A DNA stretch of 63,300 bases, filler included, from Sphacelaria rigidula (Eukaryota): the NCBI GenBank assembly GCA_964200075.2. It is 9 parts of 9 records of this genome, joined end to end, with 100 filler letters (N's around TTAATTAATTAA, not from the genome) between each part and the next. Parts side by side here need not be neighbours in the genome. Positions count along the whole stretch, not along the records: positions 49,313 to 56,256 come from CAXNAA020017281.1; positions 56,357 to 63,300 come from CAXNAA020017282.1; 7 more parts are not named here. One strand, 5' to 3'. Under the pieces are notes generated by a model, which did no database searches, was not told the origin of the DNA, and worked only from the letters and a program-made list of their open reading frames with translations. Of this stretch, positions 51,008 to 63,300 are shown one piece after another. Position 1 is the first letter of the stretch. Every line of letters starts with the position of its first letter. A program made the translations under genes and the position numbers.

Positions 51008-52239
51008 CATTTTCTATGTCACAGCGCCGGGGTAATAAAAACTGTTTCAATATCGGCCGGCGACAGCGGAAGGGTGAAGATGGCGGGTTCAAACTCCAAC
51101 GATACTCAAGTTTAGAGCCTGGCTTCCGTGTTGAAAGCGAAGGGTTGCAGATGGCAACAAACTCGACAGCTGTACAATCGCCGCGGTGTAGGAATGCTGA
51201 TCCAGTCCGCGACACCGAAATACGAGGCAGGTACCGAAGCAGGGACGGGGTGATCCCGTGAGACTGCGGCCTCATCCCGAGAAGGGGAGAAGTCAAATGT
51301 GTGAAGGAGACATAAAATGAAAAGACGGGTACGTAATCCGCACGTCGCATCCCTTCTTCATGAGCGCTGAGATATGTGCGAGAGACTTCTGGAGGTGACC
51401 TCTGATCACACCGGCTGGCGCTATGCACGCCCCCACTCATTTCTCGTTCACGATCTTCAGTCTTCCCGCGCGTAGCCGTGTAGACTCCGGCGCACACATC
51501 TCCAGATGGTGTTGTCGGAATAAAGCTCGTACCGCAACGGCACGCTGCTGTGGTATCCCCAACTCCTGCAGCCCGCTTTAACTTTGGCGAGTGAGTTATT
51601 TTCGCGATCGAGGCCGGATTCGGAACTCACGGCCTCTTGTCGTGGTGGACGGTTCTACCGTGGACGCCATCGTGACAAGGATGATTAGTCCTTTACAACA
51701 CGCTCGTGGGAATAGTCCCCTTTTACGGGTATTCTCCACACAACAAATAGATGACAAAACCTAACACCTGTGCTGTGCACAGTAGCTCATGAACAGGGGG
51801 TGTACTCACCCGTATCACAAAGACACAAAGAGGAAAATTCGACAACAACTATGACCCCTCCCCCCCAAAAGTCGTGGTGGTGGTGGGTGCCAACGACCGT
51901 GGTTTTTGACGGCGTTGTTTGCACTTCTTCAGCAGAAGCTACGCTTTGCCAGAACATTGACGCGTTCGCGAATTTGCCTTCGGTGTTGCCTGAAGCTTGT
52001 GCGGATAGCTCCATCTCGATCGAAGATCTGGCCGAGACGGGAGGCAGCGGGGGTACACATGACCGGTAGGGGGGGGGGCGGGGGGGGCGTACTCATTTGT
52101 TGCTTGCCTTCGTCGTTTGACCGTTAACGACCCATCCCTTCCGAGACAGAGCATCGTCCCTGCTCCCAATGTAGACACCTCCATCATTTCGGCGCTCATC
52201 ACGTTTCTTGCATATACTACACAAAAACCTTTTGCATAC

Positions 52240-52713
52240 CTTGTGTGTGCTTCGTCCCATTTATTCTGGACGCCAGTCTACACCTTTCGGTATATGTGGG
52301 TGCACCAGCCGGGGTCACACAGGAGTAAAACCAACACTGGGGTATTTCCTCTTCTGTTTTTGTGGGTTGCGTTGTCGTCCCATTTATTTTGGACGCCGGT
52401 CTACACCTTTCGGATATGTGGGCACACCAGCCGGGATCACACAGGAGGAAGGCCACCATAGGATTTTTTTGCTTCCTTGTTTGACTTAGTACTCCACCTT
52501 CCTTCTGCGGTGTCTGCCTTAACTTTGTATAGCGAGAGGGGTCCAGCATTCCCTTTCCCTCGTCGACCATCATGTCGGATTTTGCGTACCCGCGACATGG
52601 TCGCTCTCCACTGTTTGGCATTGTGTGGAAAAAATCTCAGATCACTCCGGGATTTGAACCCACGATCCAACCGTCAGAGGGTTTCGAGGCTACCCACTGA
52701 GCCACCGGGGCGA
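52240..52713 (-). mobile_element. tRNA-headed SINE family B with tandemly duplicated 3' module
   Basis: A box TGGCTCAGTGGG, B box GGTTCAAATCC; module ctcctgtgtga.cccggctggtg..cccacatat.ccgaaaggtgtagac.ggcgtcca.aataaatgggacga occurs twice. Confidence 0.8.
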
Positions 52714-53057
52714 CCGGTTACCATGTTGTTCGATTGATTAAAAAAAATTATTGTTGTAGAATAACTAATCCCGGAGGGGATCCAGCCCTAGTCACCATAT
52801 GAACGTAGAACCCAAGGTAAACAAAACGGAAACATCAAGGCGCCAACAGCGGGAAAGTAGTATACTTTTTTTATTGCCACTACCACCCACCCACCAAAAA
52901 TATACAGAAAAATAACAATTTACAGGCGATTGACTCTTTCGACCGCAAGGTTTACGTGGATCTTTGCTGCAGGAGATCCGCACACATCAAACCGAGATAT
53001 GGCTCATCATCCACAGTGGCATTCATGAAGTCGATTGCCTCATTTGCAGTCATGCTC

Positions 53058-53340
53058 CACAATCAACAACGTTTTCGTGAGATTGAGAGTAGAGCGTCGA
53101 TGGACAGTGGGTGTCATCATTCGCTTTACCTTGGCCAGTTTTTCATTATGGCGGATGCTTACAGCTAAATGTTCATATACTTCGCAGAGGTATCACGTGT
53201 TTCAGTGGCAAGCTACTACAGAAAGCGTATTTGGCCTCGTGGAGGTTCATTTCGGAACTGAAACGATTCATTCATCAATTGACTGTTTCTCTCTCAATCA
53301 ATCACATCCCCTCAATCTCACGAAAACATTGTTAATCGTG
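53058..53340. repeat. 30-bp inverted repeat pair, possible MITE
   Basis: cacaatcaacaacgttttcgtgagattgag (53058-53087) pairs with ctcaatctcacgaaaacattgttaatcgtg (53311-53340); the same core also occurs at 124-140. Confidence 0.5.
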
Positions 53341-53529
53341 CTTCGCGGTTAATATTATTCTCAGTGAATGAGTCAAGACCTGTTTCTCGCGAGCACTTTT
53401 TCCCCGGAGTATTTTGTCAACACTTACACGGGCAAAGTTCTCTCTAGACACGGCTCAACGGAGCAATCACGACCACTTGCCGCAGCTGCTACTGCCATTA
53501 CTGAGAGCAACGTTTGGACGATATCCTAC

Positions 53530-53718
53530 CTGAACAAAAGCTCGCTGCATGTCCGTGATGGCCTGCTCGGTCACGTTTCCGAGGTCCAGCACCAGGTTGT
53601 GTCGCTCTCTGCCCTCGCCCCCACTGGCCCCACCGCCTCGGCGTTTGTTGGTCTGCGATAAAGCACCGCGGTTCCTCGACGTGGACATCGCCCTACCCAC
53701 TTGCTGGCTCATCTTGTC
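53530..53718 (-). CDS. Possible isolated exon, unknown product
   Basis: 189 bp, CAG/GTAGG ends, GC-rich; DKMSQQVGRAMSTSRNRG...HNLVLDLGNVTEQAITDMQRAFVQ. The acceptor lacks a pyrimidine tract. Confidence 0.35.
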
Positions 53719-54645
53719 CTGATTTTTTTTTTGTATAAAACAGGGTACAGCAAAAAAAAACATACGAAAAAAAAAAGTGATCAGATAGATGCCACAATCA
53801 CCAAAAAAAAAAACGACGCGTAATGTTAAAAAATGCACACATAGACAAAAATAAAGCTGAACATATTTCATCTAGAAAGCACTCCAGACTAATACCTACT
53901 ACCATCTATTTGGACGAAACAAAATGACGATAGTTCATGATATTCTCACATATTAGTCGGAAGCATTTTTTTAATAAACTCATGAAAAGGCAATGCGTGT
54001 TCTCAGTAACACCACGCCAGTCCTCCCTCAACACCTATACGGGTAGCGCCATCATCCAAGAAACTTTCATTTGGTGTGAGACTCGACTTGTCATTTCCTC
54101 TGAAAACTGTCAACGACCACCGCGACTTGTACACGGGTCTGTTTTAATGCGGGGTTCTTATTCAGGCATCACAACTTGTTTCCGATTTCTTATATTCCAA
54201 AAGCTTCAAGGCTCAGATTCTGAACTGCCAAGTTAGTAAGTGGCGGTGCTATGTGTAGACGAAACAGGAGCACAAATACAACGCCACGCAAAGTGTCAAA
54301 ATGCCCGAAAAGGTAGCGAGCCGTCAAAGTAGGGGGGTCGGGTGTGCGTGTACTCACGATCTTGCCTGCCGTAGTCACATGGCCATTGATCTCGCATCCC
54401 AACACAGCCGGGACGGAGCACGGTGGGTTTTCGCCGGACCAGGCTGAGGGGGGGGGGTACTCATTTGTCGCTTGCTCCGAGTCATTCGACCCTCAACCAT
54501 GCATCCCGACGGAGCACGGTGGGTTTTCTCCGGACCATTAACCATGCATCCCGTCCGAGACGGGGCACCATTCCTACTTTTGATAAAAAGACACCTCACA
54601 ACATTTGAGCGCTCATTCCGATTTCCCAGGCATTACACACCACGG

Positions 54646-54970
54646 CGCCCCGGTGGTGTGATGATCCGGCTGCCGTCACTAGGGTGGAGAGAACGAAGGT
54701 TTAATTCCCGATGCATTGGTTTTTTCCTTCGAGTATCTGATTTCCACCTTCGAAAGCATGCTTACGTGAGTAAACGAAATTAGTTGACTGAGCTCGTTTG
54801 ACGAGAGTTACCGCGGTGCTGGAGTACGGATGGTCATGACCCAACCCGCGAGACCAAAATGCAAGGCGTGTATCGGGGGAGAGATGGACTGATCCCTTGA
54901 GACCACGGACTCGTCCCGAGAAAGGGGAGGGGTGTTATTCAAAGTGCGACACGTAAGAAGAAGAAAAAAC
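54646..54970 (+). mobile_element. tRNA-headed SINE, family A
   Basis: Collinear with 18018-18326; ends ttcaaagtgcgac plus A-rich tail. Confidence 0.8.
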
Positions 54971-56256
54971 GCGCGCGCGCGCGCACACACACTAGAGCTC
55001 TTCACTCATCTCACCCCCTTCCTGTTTCGTCGTCTGTGGCCACCATCTACCTCCTAGTATGTCGGTTGTTCTCTCACTGTCTAATGTACCTAACGTGTAC
55101 TTTCCTCATCTCCGACACGTTCCGTTCCTCTTTGTGCAGTTACCACTATTCCACTATCCGAGTTCTACTCTCTGTTCGGGGCAGGGGGGAGGGGGAGAGG
55201 GGACTCCAACGACCATCATAACAGGCGAAATCCAAATAATGCCACGGTCGGGGTGCAATTTTCAGTCCAACAGTTTTCTGAGGCTGCACACTAAGGCCCG
55301 AATTCTTGTCATCTAGAGGATCGTACAGCAAAGAGCCTCAAAAGAGAAAAAAAAAACACCCTACCGTGGCATTGCTCATGGGAGCACAATGCTTGCGTGA
55401 CGAATGAGAGAAAACGTCAACAACGTAATCCTTGCAAAAAAATACCACGCCAATTTACGATGCTCACCACAGTACGGTCGAGATGAAGTACACTCATGAA
55501 CCCACCATCACGGAGCATGACCTTGAAATACATAAGAGACACCACCCCAAATATTCAGTCCAGAGACGGAAAACAGCACCATAAATTTGACGAGAGTGTA
55601 CTGACCGCGTGCGGGAGTGTCAATAAGTCATCATCCATACCTCGACAGCGAAATATCAGTCAAAACGTGCTGGGAAACACATACGCGCGCAAAATAAAAA
55701 AAAGCAAACGTGAAAAGCATTTATATTTCAACCTCCAACTTATCCCATGTAGCTGTATCTGAGCTCCACCATCTTTGAGGACCTCAATGTTCTGATACCA
55801 AATGACATTCAACAAGTCAATTTTCATCATTCCAAGAGTTATACAAGGCCTTGCGGAATGATGAATACACATACGTGTGCCCAGTTACTCGAATGTTTTT
55901 GAAGGGAAACAAAAACAGGGAAATTCCTCGATCGAGTCCACTGTGAATACGTACAAGAATGTTCATCTGTTCTCCCATCATGTGACAACGCCTGGATCTC
56001 TAGGGGGTCAGTTGAACTGCGACAATAAAATAAAATAAATCAAAATCAGAATCTTGGTGTATTTTGCTCCTCGTCTGGAGTTTCCGCTACGAGGTTCTCC
56101 ATTCATTGGCACGTACACACCCCCGCGTCTCATGGCCCGGGTGGTTTCCCCAGGAGTCCGTCCATCAACATGAGTCGGTCAATCAGTGAGTTGTTGTTGT
56201 TGTTGTTGTCTTCACATTAAAAGCCGTTCCGATATCTGCGCGGTACATTGGTACTG

Positions 56257-56356
56257 NNNNNNNNNNNNNNNNNNNNNNNNNNNNNNNNNNNNNNNNNNNN
56301 TTAATTAATTAANNNNNNNNNNNNNNNNNNNNNNNNNNNNNNNNNNNNNNNNNNNN
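56257..56356. other. Artificial contig spacer
   Basis: N44-TTAATTAATTAA-N44. Confidence 0.99.
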
Positions 56357-56409
56357 GAAGAAATCGTGAATTTGGTGATTTTGAGTCGTGATGATTTGTC
56401 CTAACCGTT

Positions 56410-57065
56410 CAATACATAAAGTACGGTGTTGTCTGTACTCCCTGCACATAGTGTTCGTATGTTTTGTACAGTATAATAGGATGTGAAGAAGAGGCAACGC
56501 GCAGTACAGGCAGCACAGAACTGTCCATTCTCTTTTCATACAGAAGGATGTGAACATAATTCAACAACGCGTGCAGTTTGTACTCCCTGTACTGTCCATG
56601 TGTGTGTTCGCAAGTCGATCGCCCATCCTACGGCGCCACTCCGTCCCTGACCCCCACAATATGTAAAGATGATGGAGTTTCCACCGGAAAAAATAAAGGC
56701 ATCACGCCTTGAGGGAGGTCGTGTCGGTTCCCTATTACTGTAGTGTATGTACTCTGCGCTGAACTCGTGATCTATGCTGCGGCTTGCGTTGGCTTGTTGA
56801 GACTTTTGTTTTCGTGGTGTGCTTGCATTGTTCTGTCGAAGGGTGGTGTCCAGCGTGGTACTCAGCGAGATGGGAGTCAAGTGCCCCTACGTTCTTTTCT
56901 GACGCGTGTTTTCGATCGAAAAATGTAAGATTTGAAATAATAAAAAATGGACCGGAAGCCATCTGACAACATTAATGCCGTGGACGTATCAGATACCTGC
57001 TAGGTACGACCAATTCGATTCCAACGCACGTTTTTACGTCGTTTTTTATTTTGTATGAGACGGCC
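56410..57065 (-). mobile_element. Second copy of the Harbinger-like element, lacking the nested MITE
   Basis: Reverse complement collinear with 22352-23195 (aattggtcgta, cacggcattaat, cagatggcttc, ttcgatcgaaaacacgcg, gatcacgagtt, tagggaaccgacac, tacagacaacac). Confidence 0.75.
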
Positions 57066-58210
57066 TTACAGCCAAGCAATGTTTGACCGTTTGGAAAACG
57101 ACCATCCGGGGTGTATTTTTAACGCGTCACCCCCTCGCGCCTTCCCGGTATCTCAGAAATCTAAAAAAAATATGATGACAGAGTTCTTCCCTAGGTTAGA
57201 CAAAAAGCCGGTGTAAAACTGACTACACACTTCTTTGAACAATCTAGCCTCAGATTTTATTTTCCGGGCAATTTTGCTTTGGGAAAAGTCCGGAAAGAGA
57301 TCCAACTTTTCAGGAAAAACCGAAATGATGTGAACAAGATTGCCTTGGCAACAAGCTCCCTCAACCATAGGAGAACGCAAGCAACAGGCGCCAATTTTGC
57401 TGTGCACGTAGTGCCGCGCCCCTCGTGCTGTCATGTCGTCAGCATGGCTGCACACTGTAGTGTTGTTGTGAAACACCATGCAGAGATTGCAACAGCGTGC
57501 GGTAAATCATGTGCAATGGAGGGCGATGACACGCTAGATTAATTTGTATCGTTGTACGTGACTGCCGAGTAAAACAAAGACAGGGAGAAAATAACTGTGT
57601 TTGTGATAGTGTGATACATACACGTGCAACAGCAAACATGCTCGACCTTTGATACCGCTTGTTTCGAAAGTAAAAGACAGCGATGAAAGAATAGGGCGGA
57701 GAGAGGAATCTGTATATCGTTTGGATATGTTGCAGCAGTGCTCCAGGAGTAGCTGCCAGCGTACACCACTGGTATAGCATGAAAGCACGAATGTACGCCC
57801 ACCAAAACGGCTCAGTAAAGAACAAAAACATTATGCACATGCTTGCAGTTCACTCGTGGGTCGAAATCGAACTGGTGTTCTTCACTACCAACCTGTGTAC
57901 CGCTAGCTGCCACCTATCCACATGTCTACATGTTCACTTCAAGAGGCGCTTGGCGTCCGAAAAATAGCTTTCAATATTCTGAAACCTAGAATGTGCTATG
58001 GGTGTTCTGAGGTGACCTGTTGGGGGGTCACAGGGCCGCAGTCTCGGGCTTAAGCCGATGGCGAGCGAGCGTCATCCTCGAGCTTCAAACCCCCCTCCCT
58101 CCTCTTTGAAATAGGAGAAGAAATCAGAAAACAACATAACATACCATGTTTGCGCACTAATACCTTTACTGATGGTTTCGTACATGTATCTGCATCCCTT
58201 TTTCTGTCAG

Positions 58211-58369
58211 CGATCGTCGACGGGGACGAAGGGCAAGTCTATCAGCAAGACCCGCACGAGCGACAACGCCTTCGTCACCAGCACCAAAACCGCCATGGCA
58301 CTAAAGAAGCGAATTTTCCAGCTGCTGGGCATCGAAGAATACGTGGAGAGTTGGGCAGATGGTTTGCAG
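58211..58369 (+). CDS. Prolyl 4-hydroxylase (2OG-Fe(II) dioxygenase) exon
   Basis: 159 bp, phase 0/0; ...SKTRTSDNAF...LKKRIFQLLGIEEYVESWADGLQ. Confidence 0.88.
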
Positions 58370-59254
58370 GTGCGAAGAGTACCGGAGATGACGATATTTC
58401 CTACGATAGCCCTCCCCCCCCGCCCCCCCCAAATAAACACAGAAATAAAAAGTGGGTGGTTTGGAGAGGAAAAGTCTGCACGTGAATCGAAATGAAACAG
58501 GCGGAATACTACAACGAGCAGCTAGGAATTCTCATGCTTCGGTTCGTTTTTACGAATGTCGCCCATGTGAGGCGCTTCATCAGCCTGGACCCAAACATCA
58601 GGCGCTGCATGATGTAGGACTATTTTCTTGGTGACAATTTTGGGCTGGTTGTGGGGCGGGAGGAATGGTAGGAAGTCTCTGACATGACACGTGGCGTAAG
58701 AGGCATGAGATGACGTGAAAAGGTATGGCATGGCATGGTTCGGGCGTCGAGTGTTCGGGATATCTGTGCTGTAGATCGTTTCGGATGTGATATAGCTTCG
58801 CGGTGTCAAATCAGAGCTAAATTTGGGACATGAAAATCAAACCGTTCAGGACATTCCGCAATATGTTTCACAATGTCGAGGGTGTCAAACCTTTCACCGT
58901 CCAATAGTTGATGTCACGGACTTACCGAAGACATGACAGGTTTGAACGAATGAACGATGATGTCATGGTCCGTTCTCGATTTCGAGTTTTTGTTTTGCTT
59001 TTTGTTTTTTGTTTTTTGTTTTGCTTGGAATCGTTTCAAAGCGGGGGAAAGTGAATCCTTGCAGGGTTCTCCGTCGCGGAAAAAAAAATCTAACCAATCA
59101 ACCCACGCAGAGCCCGCATTCGGTTTATATACTGCGTGTCGGAGTGACGGAATATTTTTTTCGTTGCCGTCAGTAGTGTGATGATCCATACGACAAAATT
59201 GCGAATAATAATAAGTATGTATATATCGCGCTTGTGATTCACTCAACTGTGCAG

Positions 59255-59365
59255 GTCCTTCGCTACAACGAAAGCCAGGCTTATGTTGCTCACTACGACT
59301 ACCTAGAGCCGGCTGAGGGGCATGATTTCAACTCTGCGGGGCTGGGAACCAACAGGTTCGCCACG
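59255..59365 (+). CDS. Prolyl 4-hydroxylase exon with the HxD iron-binding motif
   Basis: 111 bp, CAG/GTAAGT; VLRYNESQAYVAHYDYLEPAEGHDFNSAGLGTNRFAT. Not in the ORF track. Confidence 0.9.
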
Positions 59366-60309
59366 GTAAGTTACTGATCTACAATCGTTCGTCGGTCGAC
59401 CATTCCCGAGTGCCGAGGACGACGGTACACTTCAATCCTCGAGTCGTCTGCTGACTTTTTATATGCATTAGTTGCAGGTAACGCCACCACTTTATATCTT
59501 GGCACTGGAGACCTTGAGCCTCATTTTTTGTTTAATGGAAGAAGTTGAGCATGAATTATGACGCCTGATTGAGAAGTCCACACTAAACCCTATAGAGTAG
59601 CTATGGGTAGTCCTCAAGGGAAATGGGAACTCGAACCTTGCGCCATATGAGAGGTACTCAAGTGTTGGTGCTACCCCTACTTCTCTGGTGAAATTGTGCT
59701 GTACTACGTGACTGAATCTATCGGTTATGGCATGTAACGTACGTTGTAGTTGAGTTCGGCAGTTTGATATTTTATTTTCATCATGATGAGCTTGATCGGC
59801 GTGGTTGATGGAGGTTAAGGTCGATCTAGATGTAGATTCAGGGGAAGTTCGTACGAAGAAGCAGGATAGGAAGCGGTGAAGGCGTGGCCTTGGACAGAAA
59901 TGCTTTACTGAGAAACTCCTACTGTTTTTAAAAGTAGATAGGCCTGCGGACGTTCTCCCCGGCGCTCCGTGCTCCCAACCTGCGTCATGAGGATCTTGAA
60001 AGGACCTTCGTTTTTCCTGACTCTTGAGTGTACTTGAGCTGTTCCACGTTGTTTAGTATTGTTTTCTGACGCTCTTGTCTGCTATCAAAAGTATTCTTGC
60101 TTGTTTTGATCATGGCCGTCTCATTAGTCCTTTGCTTCATTTTCCTCTGGCCCCCCTCCTCCCGTGTAGAGGGGGGAAATGCGGGACGTGAACGAAGGTG
60201 GCATGGAATCGTAGGGTGCACTAGACATTGGCGAAAAAACGATGGTTATACTAGAAGGTAGGTGGTGGCCAGAGACGGCGAAACAGGACGGGAATAAGAT
60301 ACGTGAATG

Positions 60310-60533
60310 GTTTTTGAGTAATGTATGAAAGAAACGTAATGAGCACCTGAATGTTGGAGGTGTCTCTATTAGGAGTAGGAACGGTGCTCCGTCTCGAAAG
60401 GGATGCGTGATCATTGGTCAAACGACTCAGGCAAGCAACAAATGAGTACCCCCCCCTCTCCGTCTCGAAAGGGATGCGCGGTCAATGGTCAAACGACCAA
60501 GGCGAGCAACAAATGAGTACGCCCCCCCCCCCC
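60310..60533 (-). mobile_element. Two head-to-tail family D copies
   Basis: caaatgagtac followed by a C-run occurs twice (~60440-60456 and ~60510-60533). Confidence 0.75.
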
Positions 60534-61044
60534 CGTGTGCCAGCTACGATGGCTGTAGTGGATTTTCCGTATGAAGGGAAATAGGAAATAGGCGTTTGAA
60601 ATGATCGCTGTAGCACTAGTGTTCCGGTGAGGTGCAGGAATTCCTGATCTCCCGAGCCGCGGGTTTCCGCATCCCGCATAGAAGCCATTTGTTCTCGAAC
60701 TTGGTCGAAGGGTGAGCTAAAAATCATGAGATTTATCAATATGAGATGACCGTACACGATTACGCATACTTTTCTCCTCAGCCTTTATGAGGCCTACCTT
60801 CTCCGCTCATGTACATGCTCATGTCCTGATTCTGGTCTCACGTACAGTGGCCCAATCTAAGATTGCCCCGGCCATGTGGGGGGTCATGATCAAGTCGAAC
60901 GGCCTCAATGTGACCCCGAGATGAAAGGCTGAGTCCCGATATAATGCTGACTTTTCTGTGGACACAGACCAGCCTTGAAGTGACGTGACGTATGTGCTCG
61001 TTACATACTCTGGACGGATGTGTAGGGGTGAACCGTATGTGTCG

Positions 61045-61216
61045 CACACCCTCGACAGTATGTTGTCAATAGTTGCAATAGAAAAAGTTGTACTCTTTCA
61101 AAGTATAGTCCTATTGCATCTATTGCAGGTTCGACAGTAGTTTCAATGGGCTATACTCTGCGCAGTACATTTTTGTTCTATGGCACCTATTGACCACATA
61201 CTGACGGTAGGGTGTG
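61045..61216. mobile_element. Hairpin MITE family E, diverged
   Basis: cacaccctcgacagtatg...catactgacggtagggtgtg, internally self-complementary, similar to 23637-23806. Confidence 0.7.
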
Positions 61217-61379
61217 AAATGTCAACATTTCGTGATGCTTGGTGGTGGCACTCTGAGGGTGTGCGTGTGCATGGGCATCGGATGGGACAGGTTGTGCTTC
61301 TCTGTGCTACTGTGGGGTGACGCGCCACCCTTGCGTTGTGTCGTTGTCATGTGTTGCTCGTGTGGGTTGTTTGAGTCAG

Positions 61380-61490
61380 GTTGTGTTGTACTTCAACGAC
61401 GTAAAGGAGGGAGGAGAGACCGTCTTTACCAAAGCGCCCGGAATCGACCACCACGACCTGCCGGCAGACTCGAGGGTGCCAGTTAGAGAG
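61380..61490 (+). CDS. Prolyl 4-hydroxylase exon
   Basis: 111 bp, CAG/GTGAGT; VVLYFNDVKEGGETVFTKAPG..., matching the P4H motif LYLNDVxEGGETxF. Confidence 0.9.
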
Positions 61491-62155
61491 GTGAGTCAGT
61501 CTCATGGCAAACTCCACACCTACCTGTTATTATCGTGTGCATGCGATGACCTGTAGCCGTCGAAGGACACATAGTAGTCACAGTTTGAATACGGTAGTTA
61601 TTCAAGCAAGATTTTTTCACAAACGACTCGTCATCCACACTCGAGAGTCTGAGAGTCGGTAGGCGTTGAACAAAGAAGCAGGCCGTGCTCGGGACACTTT
61701 CCCAATTTTGTGTTGTCGGAACGATACGGAGTAAAAACCTGTTTATCGAGGGGGTGTCATTGACCGCGTATGACCTACGAGCACGATTTTTCGGCGGTAA
61801 CCCAATAAATATCGAGAAATAAAAAAAAAACGAAGCCAATTAAATCGTTCACAGTAACGGTCTGGATCGGTTCGACCGAGTGAAAATATCGAGAAGCCAG
61901 AAGCGAGGGCTGTACGCTCGTAGGATCCTCTAAGACCGGTAAGATCGTATCTCATTCGAATATTGTTGTGGAAAATATGTTCTACTCGGAAGTTGTGTCG
62001 GGTTCTGTCTCACGTTTCTCAATTCTCAAAGTTTAGGGTCAAATGGAAACGATGATGAGTCGTGGCGAAGCGCAAAGCCTGAAAAATGCTCTTCGTCGAA
62101 AATACGATGTTCAAACTACGAGCTGGGCCAGCCTAGAGGCGAATTTGAAGTTTGC

Positions 62156-62891
62156 AGGCCCATGCTCTTTTATACATTTAGAGTTGGGCCCTGAAATTTG
62201 GTATGGACAATGCATGGGACATTGAAAAAAAAAAACTTCGGTACCAATTTTTTTTTTTCTCTTCTTCATGAGTTAGGGGCATTTTACTAATACCTGAAAA
62301 CCAATTATTGCCCTTGGGCTACTGCTCATGCATCGAGAAGTAAAAGCTGTTGAGAAGTTGCTTTTTTGGCCCCTCTCCGTCGTTTTTGTCCCCTAAAGAG
62401 GGCTAGGCGGATGTGGACACCTTGGAATGACTTGCTCTGCTCCTTAAGACCGTTCCAGAACACCTTTGCGTTTTCTGTAGGTCATAGTTTCGTTCTTGGC
62501 CAAAAATGCATTTTCAATAACAAACGGTTATTAAAAAATTTGCAGTTTTCCCCCTGTTTTTCGATAACTTGACCGTTTGTTATTGAAAATGCATTTTCGG
62601 CCAAGAACGAAACTATGACCTACAGAAAACGTAAAGGTGCTCTGGAACGGTCTCAGCGAGCAGAGCAAGTAATTCCAAGGTGTCCACATCCGCCTAGCCC
62701 TCTTTTGGGGACAAAAACGACGGAGAGGGGCCAAAGAAGCACTTTTCAACAACTTTCACTTTTCGATACATGAGAAGTAGCCTTAACTCATGAAAAAAAA
62801 TGGTACCCTAGTAAATTCTTTTTTATGCCCTATGCACTGTCCATCCCAAATTTCAGTGTCCAACTCTAAATGTATAAAAGAGCATGGGCCT
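62156..62891. repeat. ~736-bp imperfect palindrome within repeat family F
   Basis: Arms 62156-62528 and 62572-62891, 43-bp spacer. The ORF track shows nearly the same peptide (APLRRFCPxKRARRMWTPWN...) on both strands. Confidence 0.92.
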
Positions 62892-63300
62892 ATCAAAAAC
62901 CGGGTCGGTAGAAATTCGGAACAGTATTTCGCAGGCCACTCATCGGCCCACGTTTGGCTTTCGTGTATTGAAATTTGGTATGGGCGCTCTCTAAGGCATT
63001 TTCAACAAAAAATACTGGGTTAGGTTGATTTATCTAATTTTTTTCGCTGGTTTAGGGCGTTCTACCATGGTGAAGACCATTTTTTCACGAAAATGCCCTG
63101 ACCTCTATTAAAAAAGAATATATGGAAGGCCCATTTTTTTTTTTCTCGGCACTCTTTTGTGGTTCTCCACACCAAAATTCGTCGCCGTCCGCGACATGCA
63201 TCGATCAGGAGTTTCATAGAGATTCTAGTATTGGCAAGGTACTGGCGCCATCTCCCTTGAGTATAGGAACTACTAGACATGGGGTTTAATCAACGAGAAA

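Noticed and set aside
62366..62752. Two near-identical small proteins on opposite strands
   Set aside because: They are translations of the two palindrome arms, with no coding evidence.

Overview
This is eukaryotic DNA, not prokaryotic. The window is nine unrelated contigs (6945, 6945, 6945, 6945, 6944, 6944, 6944, 6944, 6944 bp), sorted by length and joined by artificial 100-bp spacers (44 N + TTAATTAATTAA + 44 N), so nothing can be inferred across the joins. Short GT-AG exons in long repeat-rich introns plus a flagellar dynein suggest a brown alga or related stramenopile (inference). Gene fragments rebuilt by hand with consistent splice phases: a MAP2K/STE7-type kinase fused to a C-terminal DEP domain, propionyl-CoA carboxylase alpha (2 exons), cytoplasmic dynein-2 heavy chain (6 exons), a prolyl 4-hydroxylase (3 exons), a coiled-coil protein (possibly CCDC33-like) and several orphan exons. 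There is one intact tRNA-Phe(GAA). Most of the rest is non-autonomous mobile DNA: two tRNA-headed SINE families, LINE-like 3' ends, TA-, 3-bp- and 8-bp-TSD MITEs (one nested, with the empty site visible in a second copy), a large repeat family with a ~736-bp palindrome, and a family of short elements anchored on G-runs that may be poly(C)-tailed, G-tract-targeting retroposons. Most entries in the ORF track are spurious. I found no multi-gene novel system; the best leads are the kinase-DEP fusion, the G-run element family and the palindromic repeat family.
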